A DNA stretch of 48,341 nt, the filler included, from Catajapyx aquilonaris (Eukaryota), in NCBI GenBank assembly GCA_000934665.2. It is 2 parts of 2 records of this genome, joined end to end, with 100 filler letters (N's around TTAATTAATTAA, not from the genome) between each part and the next. Parts side by side here need not be neighbours in the genome. Positions count along the whole stretch, not along the records: positions 24,227 to 48,341 come from JYFJ02005568.1; 1 more part is not named here. One strand, given 5' to 3'. Both the position numbers and the translations under genes were made by a program. The notes under the pieces were generated by a model. The model had not been told where the DNA came from and did no database searches. It saw nothing but the letters and a program-made list of their open reading frames with translations. Positions 47,771 to 48,341 of the stretch are shown here, in pieces. How positions within the stretch are numbered: position 1 is the first letter of the stretch; each line of letters opens with the position of its first letter.

Positions 47771-48234
47771 TAGTAAAACTTCTATAAGTCGAACTTCCCT
47801 AAGTCGAAGCTCTCTACAAGTCGAAGATAATGATGAGCTTGGTTGGTCACAATGTAAAATAATAGGAAATCAACTTCCCTAACTCGAATTTCTATAACTC
47901 GAAGTTCTCCATAACTCGAAGTGCAGGCAGGGCCTTACGATGGGATATCAATGCATTTTCAGTCTCCCTAAGTCGAAGCTCATGTTCAGTTGGCGAGTAC
48001 GGAAAATTTTCTCGTTTCCCAGCCAAAGAGTCGAGAGTACAGACATGCACAGAAAGGCTTCAATATCCTGATTTCCGTCTATCAGACGGACCGAAAGAAG
48101 TGTTGACTCGATTGTGACAATTGAATCCTTGAATCTAAAGTAGGCAAATGTCCATAACGGAGATTTTTTACAACAAAACATTGAGGAACATTGTAATAGT
48201 GATAGTGACTGTTATTTTCAAGTTATGAACACCT
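47771..48234 (+). mobile_element. pogo/Tigger-like MITE, copy 5, interrupted by a minus-strand retroposon tail at about 48235
   Basis: Same family sequence; followed by a T-rich tail and CCCCGT..AGCCATCGGCTC..GGGGG, resembling the family A SINE tail. Confidence 0.88.
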
Positions 48235-48341
48235 TTATTTATTTATTTTTATTTTACAGCCCCGTGATTCGAGCCATCGGCTCGTGTGGGGGGACATCCA
48301 CTCACAACCCATTTACACTTCAATAATCACAGAAATTTAGT

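Overview
A TE-rich eukaryotic window, probably arthropod (inferred from gene content and repeat types), with short GT-AG introns. All recognisable genes are on the minus strand. (1) A semaphorin-5 gene: 13 coding exons at 984-15492 encode signal peptide, Sema, PSI and seven TSP1 repeats; the TM/cytoplasmic end lies off the left edge. (2) A diverged, intron-containing WDR5/wds paralogue (28350-30909) with a 1-nt frameshift in exon 4. (3) A probable decayed gene (about 31187-35366) broken by three DNA-transposon insertions. (4) A terminal exon with a GPI-anchor-like tail (40008-40252) plus two candidate 12-nt microexons. (5) A diverged HP1/chromobox paralogue (41632-42455) with a duplicated basic hinge, possibly nested in an intron of gene 4. 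The rest is nested repeats: a young 5'-truncated LINE with a 13-bp TSD, tRNA-derived SINEs, piggyBac-, hAT-, Tc1/mariner/pogo- and Harbinger-like MITEs, and GTAC-targeting hairpins. I see no clearly new biological system. The best leads are the cluster of diverged chromatin-gene duplicates, the nested HP1/microexon arrangement, and a hammerhead-like fold at about 47.7 kb. All splice models were built by eye and no searches were run.
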